From Oscillospiraceae bacterium (GTDB lineage Bacteria; Bacillota; Clostridia; Oscillospirales; Ruminococcaceae): a stretch of 64,000 nucleotides of DNA. Positions 18,119-26,476 of this stretch are shown piece after piece. Position 1 is the first letter of the stretch, and each line of letters starts with the position of its first letter. The notes under the pieces are model-generated. The model saw nothing but the letters and a program-made list of their open reading frames with translations, was not told the origin of the DNA and did not search any database. The stretch spans positions 32,711 through 96,710 of the forward strand of contig JAEELE010000074.1 of the NCBI GenBank assembly GCA_016288755.1. Direction: 5' to 3'. A program made the position numbers and the translations under genes.

Positions 18119-18640
18119 ATGTTAGGTTCTGATTACCGGGAGCTGATCGTTCCCAGACTCGACAACAAGGGCAAGGCGGCCGCAATCCTGATCGGCGGGG
18201 CAGCGCTGACGCTGCTGCTGCTCCTGCTCGCAGCGTTCTCCGGCACGCTGCTTCTGCTGATCGCCGCGGCGGCGGCTGGCTTTGCAACATGGTACTTTTG
18301 GACACAGGAGCGGATCGAATATGAGTATATCATCTCCGGCGACCAGCTCGAGGTGACGAAGATCATCGCGCAAAGCAGGCGCAAGCCCATGCTGACGGTC
18401 TCGCTGAAGGCATTCACAGCCTTCGGGCAGCTCACGCACGCGGAGCAGATTTCCGCCGGCGCAACGACCGTCCTCGCATGCACCGCGCAGGACGAAACTG
18501 CCTTCTATGCGGATTTTGACCACAGCGACTACGGACAGACCCGTCTCATTTTCACACCGAATGACGACATTCTGCTCTATCTGACAAAAGCACTTCCGCG
18601 CAGTCTCGGCTTCCGCTGGGAGCCACAAAACGCAAACTAA
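18119..18640 (+). CDS. Hypothetical membrane protein
   Basis: 173 aa with two N-terminal hydrophobic helices (AAILIGGAALTLLLLLLAAF / LLLLIAAAAAGFATWYFW). The start codon has a poor SD; the nearest GGAGG is ~24 nt upstream. Confidence 0.55.
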   Translation: MLGSDYRELIVPRLDNKGKAAAILIGGAALTLLLLLLAAFSGTLLLLIAAAAAGFATWYFWTQERIEYEYIISGDQLEVTKIIAQSRRKPMLTVSLKAFTAFGQLTHAEQISAGATTVLACTAQDETAFYADFDHSDYGQTRLIFTPNDDILLYLTKALPRSLGFRWEPQNAN

Positions 18641-18659
18641 ATAAGAAGAGGTGTTCTTT

Positions 18660-20180
18660 ATGCGGCTCGTTACTCCGCTCGAAATGATGAAGCTCGAGGA
18701 CCTTGCCAATCAGGCAGGCGTCACCTATGACATGATGATGGAGAATGCCGGTGCCGGTCTCGCCGAGTATCTCGGGCAGTTTGCCGAGAGCATCGCATCG
18801 GATGAGATTCTGTTCCTCTGCGGCAACGGCAACAACGCGGGCGACTGCTTCGTCGCCGCAAGGCTCCTTTCTGACCGGTTCCGGATAACGATCTGCCTGA
18901 CCAGCGGTGTGCCGAAAACGCGCACTGCCTTCATGAAATACAAGGAAATGCGCAATGTCACCACGATGGAGGACCCCGACCAGATCAGGCAGGCGGTCAC
19001 CGGCGCGCCGCTGGTCGTCGACGGGCTCTTCGGCATCGGCTTCCGCGGTGAGCTCAGCGCCTTCATTCAGGAGCTCTTCAAGATCGTTGACGCAGACCCC
19101 GACAAGAAGTGCGTCGCGGTCGATATCCCCAGCGGCGGCAACGGGCTCGGCGGCACGGTCACTGCGGGGACGCCGCACTGTGACGCGACCATCACCTTCG
19201 GCGCGGCAAAGCGCGGTCTGCTGCTCGCACCCCTCTCCGAATATGTCGGTGTGCTCAAGCTCGTCGATATCGGCATCCCGCAGGAGGCATTCGACACGCT
19301 GAGCTATCCGGTGCTGCGCATCTCCGGCAACACGGTCAAGGACGCGCTGCCCAAGCGCCCGATCAGCGCACACAAGGGCATGTTCGGCAGACTGCTGATC
19401 GTCGGCGGCTGCCGGAATATGCCGGGCGCCGCGATGCTCGCGGCACAGGCTGCGATCCGCGGCGGCGTCGGCACCTGCTGCATCGCCTCGGATATCGACG
19501 TGTGCAGAATGGTCGTCAGCCAAACGCCCGAGTGCATGATGCTCCCCGTTCCGTCGGACGCAAAGGGCATGCTGACCGTTCAGGCGGTGCACCCGATCCT
19601 CGAATACGCAAAAACCTGCACGGCAGTGCTGATCGGTCCCGGGCTCGGACAGTCCGGCGACCTGAAGCAGGTCGTCGCGGCGCTGATCGAGGGTCTGGAT
19701 TGTCCGATTATTTTGGACGCGGACGGTCTAAATCTCATTGCCAGCAGCATAGATATATTACAGAAGGCGAAGCAAACCGTCATTCTGACGCCGCATCCCG
19801 CCGAAATGGGCAGGCTGCTGCACTGCTCGGTCACGGAGGTGCAGCTCGACCGCATCGCGACGGCGAAACGGCTCGCCGACCGCTACAGGAACACGGTCGT
19901 CGTGCTCAAGGGCGCCGGCACGGTCGTCGCAACAACCGATCATGCGTCGATCAACATGACCGGAAACTCCGGCATGAGCAAGGGCGGCAGCGGCGATGTG
20001 CTCGCCGGTCTGATCGGCAGCTTTACCGCGCAGAAGATCGATCCGGAGAAATCTGCGCAGTGCGGTGTCTATCTGCACGGGCTCGCCGGTGACTGCGCGG
20101 CTGCGGAGTTTTCGCGCAGAGCCATGCTGCCGAGCGATATCATTCGCCAGCTTCCGCTGGTCTTCGGCGACTACGACTGA
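18660..20180 (+). CDS. nnr: Bifunctional NAD(P)H-hydrate repair enzyme Nnr (epimerase + ADP-dependent dehydratase)
   Basis: YjeF_N part (CGNGNNAGDCFVAARLL, VDGLFGIGFRG) plus the carbohydrate-kinase part (TPHPAEMGRL, GMSKGGSGDVLAG). ATG at 18660 lies 6 nt after AAGAGGTG. Confidence 0.9.
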   Translation: MRLVTPLEMMKLEDLANQAGVTYDMMMENAGAGLAEYLGQFAESIASDEILFLCGNGNNAGDCFVAARLLSDRFRITICLTSGVPKTRTAFMKYKEMRNVTTMEDPDQIRQAVTGAPLVVDGLFGIGFRGELSAFIQELFKIVDADPDKKCVAVDIPSGGNGLGGTVTAGTPHCDATITFGAAKRGLLLAPLSEYVGVLKLVDIGIPQEAFDTLSYPVLRISGNTVKDALPKRPISAHKGMFGRLLIVGGCRNMPGAAMLAAQAAIRGGVGTCCIASDIDVCRMVVSQTPECMMLPVPSDAKGMLTVQAVHPILEYAKTCTAVLIGPGLGQSGDLKQVVAALIEGLDCPIILDADGLNLIASSIDILQKAKQTVILTPHPAEMGRLLHCSVTEVQLDRIATAKRLADRYRNTVVVLKGAGTVVATTDHASINMTGNSGMSKGGSGDVLAGLIGSFTAQKIDPEKSAQCGVYLHGLAGDCAAAEFSRRAMLPSDIIRQLPLVFGDYD

Positions 20181-20253
20181 AAAATCAAACGAAACGGGCA
20201 TTTCCCGGGAAAGCAACGGATGTCAAAGCGAAATCTGATTTGGAGGCTGCTTT

Positions 20254-20892
20254 ATGAGATCCAGTGTTTTCCTGAGAAATGCCCTTTTTTGTGTATCTGC
20301 GTGCTTTTTGCTGAACGGATGTGCCGCGCCGGGTGCGCCGTCGGACAGCTTCAAGCCGCGGCTCGACGAGAGCTATTCGCTGGACGCCGCAATGGAATAC
20401 AGCGACGGCAAAACCGCACAGCTTGCCCTCACACGCTATGCCGCCGGCAGCTGGGAGGCGGAATTCTCCGAGCCGGAAACGCTCAGCGGCGTGCTGCTGC
20501 GGCTCGACGGGAACGCCGTCAGTGCCAGCTACAAGGGACTTGCCTTCACTGTGCCGAAATCGGCGCTGCCCGCAAAAACGATGCTCTGCCTGATGACCGA
20601 CGTGCTCGACGGGCTCGGCACGACCGATGCGCTCAGCTTCACTGCACAGCAGGACGGCACACACACGGCGGAGGGCGACGCCGAGGGCGGGCACTACATC
20701 CTCACCTTCGCGGACGGCGGCGAGCTGCGCTGCTTTGAGATGCCCGGTCAGCCGCTGAAGATCACCTGCACGAATTATCAGCCGATCGCGCAGCAGACCG
20801 AACAGACGACGCACACCGAGACGACCGCTTCGTCTTCGTCGGAAGCCGAAACCACAACAACAACAACAGAAAACGAGGGCGTGTCGCAGTGA
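20254..20892 (+). CDS. Hypothetical lipoprotein
   Basis: 212 aa. Signal peptide with lipobox (CFLLNGC|AAPG). C-terminal Thr/Ser-rich tail. Confidence 0.65.
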   Translation: MRSSVFLRNALFCVSACFLLNGCAAPGAPSDSFKPRLDESYSLDAAMEYSDGKTAQLALTRYAAGSWEAEFSEPETLSGVLLRLDGNAVSASYKGLAFTVPKSALPAKTMLCLMTDVLDGLGTTDALSFTAQQDGTHTAEGDAEGGHYILTFADGGELRCFEMPGQPLKITCTNYQPIAQQTEQTTHTETTASSSSEAETTTTTTENEGVSQ

Positions 20893-20901
20893 CACGCCCT
20901 C
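20875..20901. terminator. Bidirectional terminator hairpin between convergent genes
   Basis: GAGGGCGTGTC-gcagt-GACACGCCCTC. It is followed by ATTTGATTG on the plus strand and GTTTTCTGTTG on the minus strand. It overlaps the lipoprotein stop codon. Confidence 0.65.
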
Positions 20902-20914
20902 ATTTGATTGTGGA

Positions 20915-23845
20915 TTACAGCGCGGACGGTGCAACCGGGAAGTCCTTCTGATCCTTGATGATACCTGCGAGGTACTCAAGAATTGCAGTCAAGTCATCGG
21001 TGTTGATCGCATCTGTGCCGTCGTCGCAGCACTGTGCATTTGCCTTGCCCTGTGCCGTGACCGTAGCTTCGTTGTCCTCCGCGAGGAAACGAGCAAGCAG
21101 AACAGCGTCAGCAACATTAACATCGCCGCTGCAGTCAACGTCGCCGAGAAACGTGTCACCGGTAGGCGGATCGTCAATGATGACGGTACCGTCTGCATCG
21201 TACTCGTCCTCGATGAAGCTCATGATCCAAGCGAACGGGGAGTTCCAGTTGATGGTAACCTCGTTGACGGACCATGCCTCGATGGAGTCAACATAGCAGA
21301 GCTGAGACGGAACCTGGCCGCGCTTATAGCCCATACCTGCAACGTACGGATCCTGCATACCTGCGTTCGGACCGCCGGAAAGGACGCCGGAAGGAGCATA
21401 CGGGAAGTTCTTGTCGTTCTCATGAGACCACAGTCTGTGGTGCGGGTTGGTGCAGTGGTAAGTGCCGTAGCCGGTCACGAAGGAGAAGTCCAGCGCGTTG
21501 CGGCCGAAGAGGTAGTCCAGAGCGCCGATGGTACCGTTCAGGTACTTGGTGTCCTTGGAGGAGTTGTAAGCATAAGCCAGAACGATTGCGTTGTTGATGA
21601 CCATGGAGTTGGAACCCCACTCATAGCCCTTGACAACGACATCGTTGCCGTTCTCATCCTTCGGGATGTTGATCGGGTCGGTGAACTCGGAGCCGGTGTA
21701 CGGCAGACCGAAGCCTTCCTTCGCCATCTGTGCGAGGAACGTATCTGCTGCGCCCTCGATGGAAGCCTTCAGGGTCTTGACCTTATCGGCAGCAAGCTTA
21801 CCCTGATTCAGGTACAGGGACAGCGTGCCCAGACCTGCGGTGTTGCCCCAGTTGAAGGAGGTGAAGGTCGAGCTGTTCTCACCGCCGCTCAGCGAGGTGG
21901 TCAGCTTGTATGCATCCTTGTATTTCTCAAGGTCGCTGAGGTAGGTGTCGTCGCCGGTGGAGATGTAGAGCTCGCAGGCTGCCCAGTAGAAGTCGTCGGA
22001 CGCCTCGTTGTCACCGTAAGCGCCGCCGCCGATTGCCTGATCCAGCGGAGCGAAGAGCTTCGGATTTGCCTTAGCTGCCTCGTAGGTGGACTTTGCCTCC
22101 TCAAGGAACTTGCTGGCAGTCGTGCTGTCATAATCCTTGAACAGACGGTATGCCTGTGCGAAGCAAGCAGCGCCGTTCAGGGTCGCGCAGACAGAAGGCG
22201 GTTTCACGATACGGGTGATACCTGCCCAGTCCTTGTCGTCGATGTAGTCCCAAGCGTGAACAGCCAGACCGGTCCACTTGGAGTCATGCAGCTTGTGGAA
22301 GAGCATGCCTGCGTACTTGCCGGTATCTGCACTGCCGGACGGTGCGCCGCCGTCAGCAGCAGCAGTGCCGTATGCAGACATCTTGTAGGAGGACGGAACG
22401 ATCATCTCCTCGAAGAACTTGAGCTCAACGAGGGTCTCGTCGAGGATATCCGGCAGCTTGTTGCCGGTCTCCGGAATGAGGATCGAGGAAGAACCGTCTG
22501 CGAACTTATCCTTCGCGGACTTGGTGGAATCCTGCAGCGTCCACTCGTACATGTTCTGCAGCGTCCAGACGGAGATACCGCCGTTAACGACGTACTTACC
22601 GTGGTCACCTGCATCGTACCAGCCGTCGTTTGCGGTGATCTGACCGTTCGACTTCTGGACGTCGGAGCCGTCGTTTGCGTATGCCTTGATCCACTTATCC
22701 TGGATGTAAGCCTCATCCGGATTGTGACCATACTGGCTGTGCGCCAGATCGGACTTGCTCTGGTTGGCGCCCTTGGAGGTGATGTAGGTCTCGGAAATCG
22801 GCACACCTGCACGGTTCTGATAGAAGTAGTTGAGTGCATCCTTCGTCACGCCGTCATAGATGTCGGTGCCGATCTTGAAGTCATAGGAATCGCGGGTCTT
22901 GCCGTCGGTGGAGAAGTAGTAGGTGCCCTCGGTCGTCAGATCGGTGAAGTCGACCGTACCGCAGTACATGCCGGAAGCCTCATCCTTGCTGCTGCCGCAG
23001 GTGACGTCCTTCTTCCAGACCTCCTTACCGGTGGAATCGAGGATGTAGACGGTCTTCTTCTCGCCGGCATCGCCGTGGACGGTTGCCTGCTTCTTCAGCG
23101 TCGGATAGTAGCCGACCTGGTTGCCGTGGACGGAGTACTCAGGTGCCGGATCCGGCTCGACCCATGCATCGTGACCGCTCAGGTTCTTCAGGCTGAGGTT
23201 GTCGAACTTCAGCACAGTGTCGACCGGGAAGCAGTCAGTCGGCTGGTGGTCGCCTGCGCCGCCGAAGTGGAACGCGAACTCAGCCGTCTCCAGAGAGGTC
23301 TTTGCCTCGAACTCTGCGTCGATGACGAGCTTCTCGCCCTTCTTGACCTTCAGAGTCTCGCCGCCCATCGACCACTGGTCGGTGCCGGAATAGGACGCCT
23401 CGCTCGTGCCGCCGTAAGCGTTGTGCCAGACCTCGTTGTCCCAGGAACCTGCGAGGTCGGAGATCTTTGCGTAGATCTCGCCGTCGTTGGAAGCGGTGAC
23501 CTCAGCGTGGACATGGTACTTGTCGCCCGAACGGATCGACAGCTTTCTGTGGCGGAGCTGGCAGTCCCAGCGGGACGCGCCGCCTCTCGACTTACCGCCC
23601 GGATTCTTGATGGTGACGACCATCATGCCGTCCTCCACCGTGGACTGGAGCTCTGCAGGCTGCGTGACACAGGTGTGCCACGGCAGACCCTTCGCCGTGG
23701 AAAATGTACCTTCTCCGAGCATCTCAACGCCGTCTGCTGCAGACGCCGCCAGCATGCCCGGGAGCACCGACGCAGCCGCACTTGCCAGCATTGCTGCCGA
23801 CACGAGACCGCCTGCGAGGCGCTTGCCGAATTTGTTTTTCAGCAT
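20915..23845 (-). CDS. Cellulosomal endoglucanase: CBM4-like - Ig-like (CelD_N) - GH9 - dockerin
   Basis: The ATG at 23845 follows GGGAGGG. Signal peptide MLKNKFGKRLAGGLVSAAMLASAAA. GH9 motifs DAGDHGKYVVNG and SFVTGYGTYHCTNPHHR. C-terminal dockerin GDVDCSGDVNVADAVLLARFLAED...INTDDLTAILEYLA. Confidence 0.9.
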   Translation of the reverse strand: MLKNKFGKRLAGGLVSAAMLASAAASVLPGMLAASAADGVEMLGEGTFSTAKGLPWHTCVTQPAELQSTVEDGMMVVTIKNPGGKSRGGASRWDCQLRHRKLSIRSGDKYHVHAEVTASNDGEIYAKISDLAGSWDNEVWHNAYGGTSEASYSGTDQWSMGGETLKVKKGEKLVIDAEFEAKTSLETAEFAFHFGGAGDHQPTDCFPVDTVLKFDNLSLKNLSGHDAWVEPDPAPEYSVHGNQVGYYPTLKKQATVHGDAGEKKTVYILDSTGKEVWKKDVTCGSSKDEASGMYCGTVDFTDLTTEGTYYFSTDGKTRDSYDFKIGTDIYDGVTKDALNYFYQNRAGVPISETYITSKGANQSKSDLAHSQYGHNPDEAYIQDKWIKAYANDGSDVQKSNGQITANDGWYDAGDHGKYVVNGGISVWTLQNMYEWTLQDSTKSAKDKFADGSSSILIPETGNKLPDILDETLVELKFFEEMIVPSSYKMSAYGTAAADGGAPSGSADTGKYAGMLFHKLHDSKWTGLAVHAWDYIDDKDWAGITRIVKPPSVCATLNGAACFAQAYRLFKDYDSTTASKFLEEAKSTYEAAKANPKLFAPLDQAIGGGAYGDNEASDDFYWAACELYISTGDDTYLSDLEKYKDAYKLTTSLSGGENSSTFTSFNWGNTAGLGTLSLYLNQGKLAADKVKTLKASIEGAADTFLAQMAKEGFGLPYTGSEFTDPINIPKDENGNDVVVKGYEWGSNSMVINNAIVLAYAYNSSKDTKYLNGTIGALDYLFGRNALDFSFVTGYGTYHCTNPHHRLWSHENDKNFPYAPSGVLSGGPNAGMQDPYVAGMGYKRGQVPSQLCYVDSIEAWSVNEVTINWNSPFAWIMSFIEDEYDADGTVIIDDPPTGDTFLGDVDCSGDVNVADAVLLARFLAEDNEATVTAQGKANAQCCDDGTDAINTDDLTAILEYLAGIIKDQKDFPVAPSAL

Positions 23846-24062
23846 TTGTAGAAACCCTCCCGTTTTTTTTATTATATAACCGGGGTCAGTACACACCCCG
23901 AATTATATCCCTGTGTGACAGACCGGAAATTCGGCGCTCCCCTGCCGGCTCCCGTGCAGCGCGGCGGGTTATCAACTGTCAGTGTTTACGCTCCGAATTT
24001 ATACCGTCTGTACTATTTCTGCGATTTTTCGGCATAGTTACGCCGAATCCATCGTTACTGAT

Positions 24063-24091
24063 ATTATAATACAACTTTGGGCGATTGTAAA
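24063..24091 (-). promoter_or_regulatory. Candidate sigma-A promoter far upstream of the GH9 gene
   Basis: Minus strand: TTTACA (24086-24091), 17 nt spacer, TATAAT (24063-24068). This implies a ~210 nt 5' UTR. Confidence 0.4.
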
Positions 24092-24282
24092 GGGGTTTCC
24101 GAAACTTTGTTGGAAGTGTATAATCCAGGCACAATATTTTGTGCATTACTTCCAAATTTCAGCTTTCTGACATCGAACGTACACAGTCCTGCACCGCCTT
24201 TTCACGCAAAAAAGCGCCCGGAATCGCAAGATGATACTACCGATTGTAAAATTTTCTCCCGTTCGTGCAGTTCTGTATAACG

Positions 24283-24351
24283 AAGGAGTTGTTCCGCACA
24301 GACAGCCGGGAGCATCCTCATTTCTCATTTCTCACTTCTCATTTCTCATTC
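24283..24351. repeat. Dispersed intergenic repeat, copy R2 (short, internally deleted form)
   Basis: ggagttgttccgcacagacagccgggagcat (core at 24285-24295) is joined directly to cctcatttctcatttctcacttctcatttctcattc (24316-24351). Confidence 0.8.
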
Positions 24352-24387
24352 TGTGAAATATGTTCGCCGGGATTTTGTGTTTCCCCC

Positions 24388-24416
24388 TTGACAAACGGGA
24401 CAAAGTATGATATAAT
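24388..24416 (+). promoter_or_regulatory. Consensus sigma-A promoter of the symporter gene
   Basis: TTGACA (24388-24393), 17 nt spacer, TATAAT (24411-24416). Confidence 0.75.
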
Positions 24417-24488
24417 CGGTTTGTCGCGTTAAAGCGTTGTAGCCTTAAATCGGCAAATCATACTATATATTTAGGAGGGATCCCCCGC

Positions 24489-26072
24489 ATGACTGCTTCC
24501 CAGATCATCACCCTTGTCGTGGTCATTGTCTATGCCGCAGCGATGGTCGCCATCGGCATTCTGACCTCGAGAAAGACCAAAAACGTCGACGACTTCGTCT
24601 TCGGCGGCAACAAGATCGGTCCGTGGATGACCGCATTCGCCTTCGGGACCGCGTATTTCTCCGCCGTCGTTTTCATCGGCTATGCCGGACAGTTCGGCTG
24701 GAGCTACGGTGTTTCCGCCGCGTGGATCGGCGTGGGCAATGCGCTGATCGGTGCGACGCTCGCGTGGGCGGTGCTCGGCAAGCGCACCCGCCTGATGACC
24801 AAGCATCTCGAGGCAAAGACCATGCCGGACTTCTTCATGAAGCGCTACGGCAGCAGCCCGCTCAAAACCGTCGGTGCACTGATCGTTTTCCTGTTTATGA
24901 TCCCCTACACCGCGTCGGTCTACAACGGTCTCTCGCGTCTCTTTGCAATGGCATTTGACCTTGGCGAGAACGGCTACGAATACGTCATGATCGCTATGGC
25001 GGTGCTGAGCGCGATCTATGTGGTGCTCGGCGGCTACTCCGCAACGGCGGTCAACGACTTCATTCAGGGCATGATCATGCTCATCGGCATCACGGCGGTC
25101 GTCATCAGCGTGCTCCGCGTCAACGGCGGTCTCGGCGGCTCGATTGACGCGCTGAAATCCGTCACGGCTGTCCCGGACGGCAAGCTCGCGTCCGTGTTCG
25201 GTCCGGACCCGATCAACCTCTTCGGCGTCGTCGTGCTGACCTCGCTCGGCACTTGGGGTCTGCCGCAGATGACCCACAAATTCTACGCCATCCGCGACGA
25301 GAAGGACATCAAGCGCGGTCTGATCATCTCGACCTTCTTCTGCTTCGTGGTCGCCGGCGGCTGCTATCTGCTCGGCGGCTTCACCCGTCTGTTCAACACG
25401 ACCGAGGCGGGCGAGGGCATCGGCTCCAACATGATTCATAAGCTCTCGAACGGCAAGCTCGAATTCGACGCGATGGTCCCCGCAATGCTCCAGCAGGCGC
25501 TGCCGAGCATTCTGATCGGTCTGGTCGTCGTGCTCGTGCTCTCCGCATCGCTCTCGACGCTCTCCGCACTGGTCCTGACCTCCTCCACCACGCTCGCACA
25601 TGACCTCATCCGCCCTGCCGCAAAGGGCAGGCTGGACGACAAGAAGGAATTCAAGCTCATGCGTGTGCTGATTCTCTTCTTCCTGCTGATCTCGGTCGTC
25701 ATCGCGATGAACAAGAATGCCGCGATCACGACGCTGATGAGCTACAGCTGGGGCGCGCTGTCCGGCTCCTTCCTCGGACCGTTCCTGTGGGGGCTCTACA
25801 GCAGGAAGACCACCCGCGCAGCCGTCTGGACGAGCTTTTGCTGCGGCGTGGTGTTCACGGTCGCGCACATGTGCATCTTCACGTTCTTCCGCGAGAGCTG
25901 CGCAGACATCGTGAAGTGGGCAGCCTCCCTGCCGCTCAACCTCGCAAGCCCGATCAACGCGGGCGCACTGCTCATGATCTTCTCGATCGTCATCGTGCCG
26001 GTCGTCTCCGCCTTCACCAAGCCGGTCGAGCAAAAGACCGTCGATGAGGCCTTCGCCGCATATCAGAAGTAA
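24489..26072 (+). CDS. Sodium:solute symporter family (SSF) transporter
   Basis: 527 aa with about 13 hydrophobic segments and an SSF-like N-terminus (GGNKIGPWMTAFAFGTAYFSAVVFIGYAG). The substrate cannot be determined from the sequence. Confidence 0.85.
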   Translation: MTASQIITLVVVIVYAAAMVAIGILTSRKTKNVDDFVFGGNKIGPWMTAFAFGTAYFSAVVFIGYAGQFGWSYGVSAAWIGVGNALIGATLAWAVLGKRTRLMTKHLEAKTMPDFFMKRYGSSPLKTVGALIVFLFMIPYTASVYNGLSRLFAMAFDLGENGYEYVMIAMAVLSAIYVVLGGYSATAVNDFIQGMIMLIGITAVVISVLRVNGGLGGSIDALKSVTAVPDGKLASVFGPDPINLFGVVVLTSLGTWGLPQMTHKFYAIRDEKDIKRGLIISTFFCFVVAGGCYLLGGFTRLFNTTEAGEGIGSNMIHKLSNGKLEFDAMVPAMLQQALPSILIGLVVVLVLSASLSTLSALVLTSSTTLAHDLIRPAAKGRLDDKKEFKLMRVLILFFLLISVVIAMNKNAAITTLMSYSWGALSGSFLGPFLWGLYSRKTTRAAVWTSFCCGVVFTVAHMCIFTFFRESCADIVKWAASLPLNLASPINAGALLMIFSIVIVPVVSAFTKPVEQKTVDEAFAAYQK

Positions 26073-26075
26073 TAC

Positions 26076-26462
26076 ACCAAAAGGGCTTGGGGTTCACGCT
26101 CCAAGCCCTTTGTCTGTCCAATGCAGGGAGGAGGGAGGAGGGAGAAGGGAGGAGTTGTTCCCGCACGGAGCCCGCGCTGGCATTTCCCCGGTCACCGTTT
26201 CGCGGAGCCTCCCAGTATTGTGCAGCACACGGCGCTGGCGCGCCTTCTTGCGGCGCGATACTCCCAGCCTTTGGCGAGATCAGCTGCTGAAAGAACAATC
26301 GTACAAGGGGTTTGGGGCTTGCCCCATTCAAATCCATCGCGTAGCGATTCCGCCATTATTCTTTCTTCTTTATTCTTTTCCTTCCTCCCTCCTTCTTCCT
26401 ATTTCCTACCTCGCAAAAAATGAACTGAGGGCTTGGAGTGTCACGCTCCAAGCCCTTTTGAT
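26076..26462. repeat. Dispersed intergenic repeat, copy R3: full-length palindromic-ended element flanked by duplicated hairpins
   Basis: Left hairpin GGGCTTGGGG-ttcacg-CTCCAAGCCC (26083-26108). Purine tract gggaggagggaggagggagaagggagg plus core ggagttgttcc (26126-26161). About 195 nt of conserved interior. Complementary pyrimidine tract (26357-26412). Right hairpin GGGCTTGGAG-tgtcacg-CTCCAAGCCC (26429-26455). Confidence 0.85.
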
Positions 26463-26476
26463 CTGTATACAATCAC

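Noticed and set aside
18088-18121. Hairpin between a distal GGAGG and the start codon of the 173-aa membrane protein, as a possible translational control element
   Set aside because: The stem is short (GCGGG/CCCGC) and the true start codon is uncertain. A mis-called start is the simpler explanation.
24471-26033. 520-aa minus-strand ORF. Analogous antisense ORFs occur at 54235..55704 (-), 58802..60055 (-), 61084..62286 (-), 62609..63883 (-) and 36219..36701 (-)
   Set aside because: Each lies opposite a gene with clear family motifs or membrane/secretion features (SSF symporter, HD-GYP, DUF389 plus sigma, secreted protein, CE1 esterase, csoR). Their products are charged low-complexity sequences.
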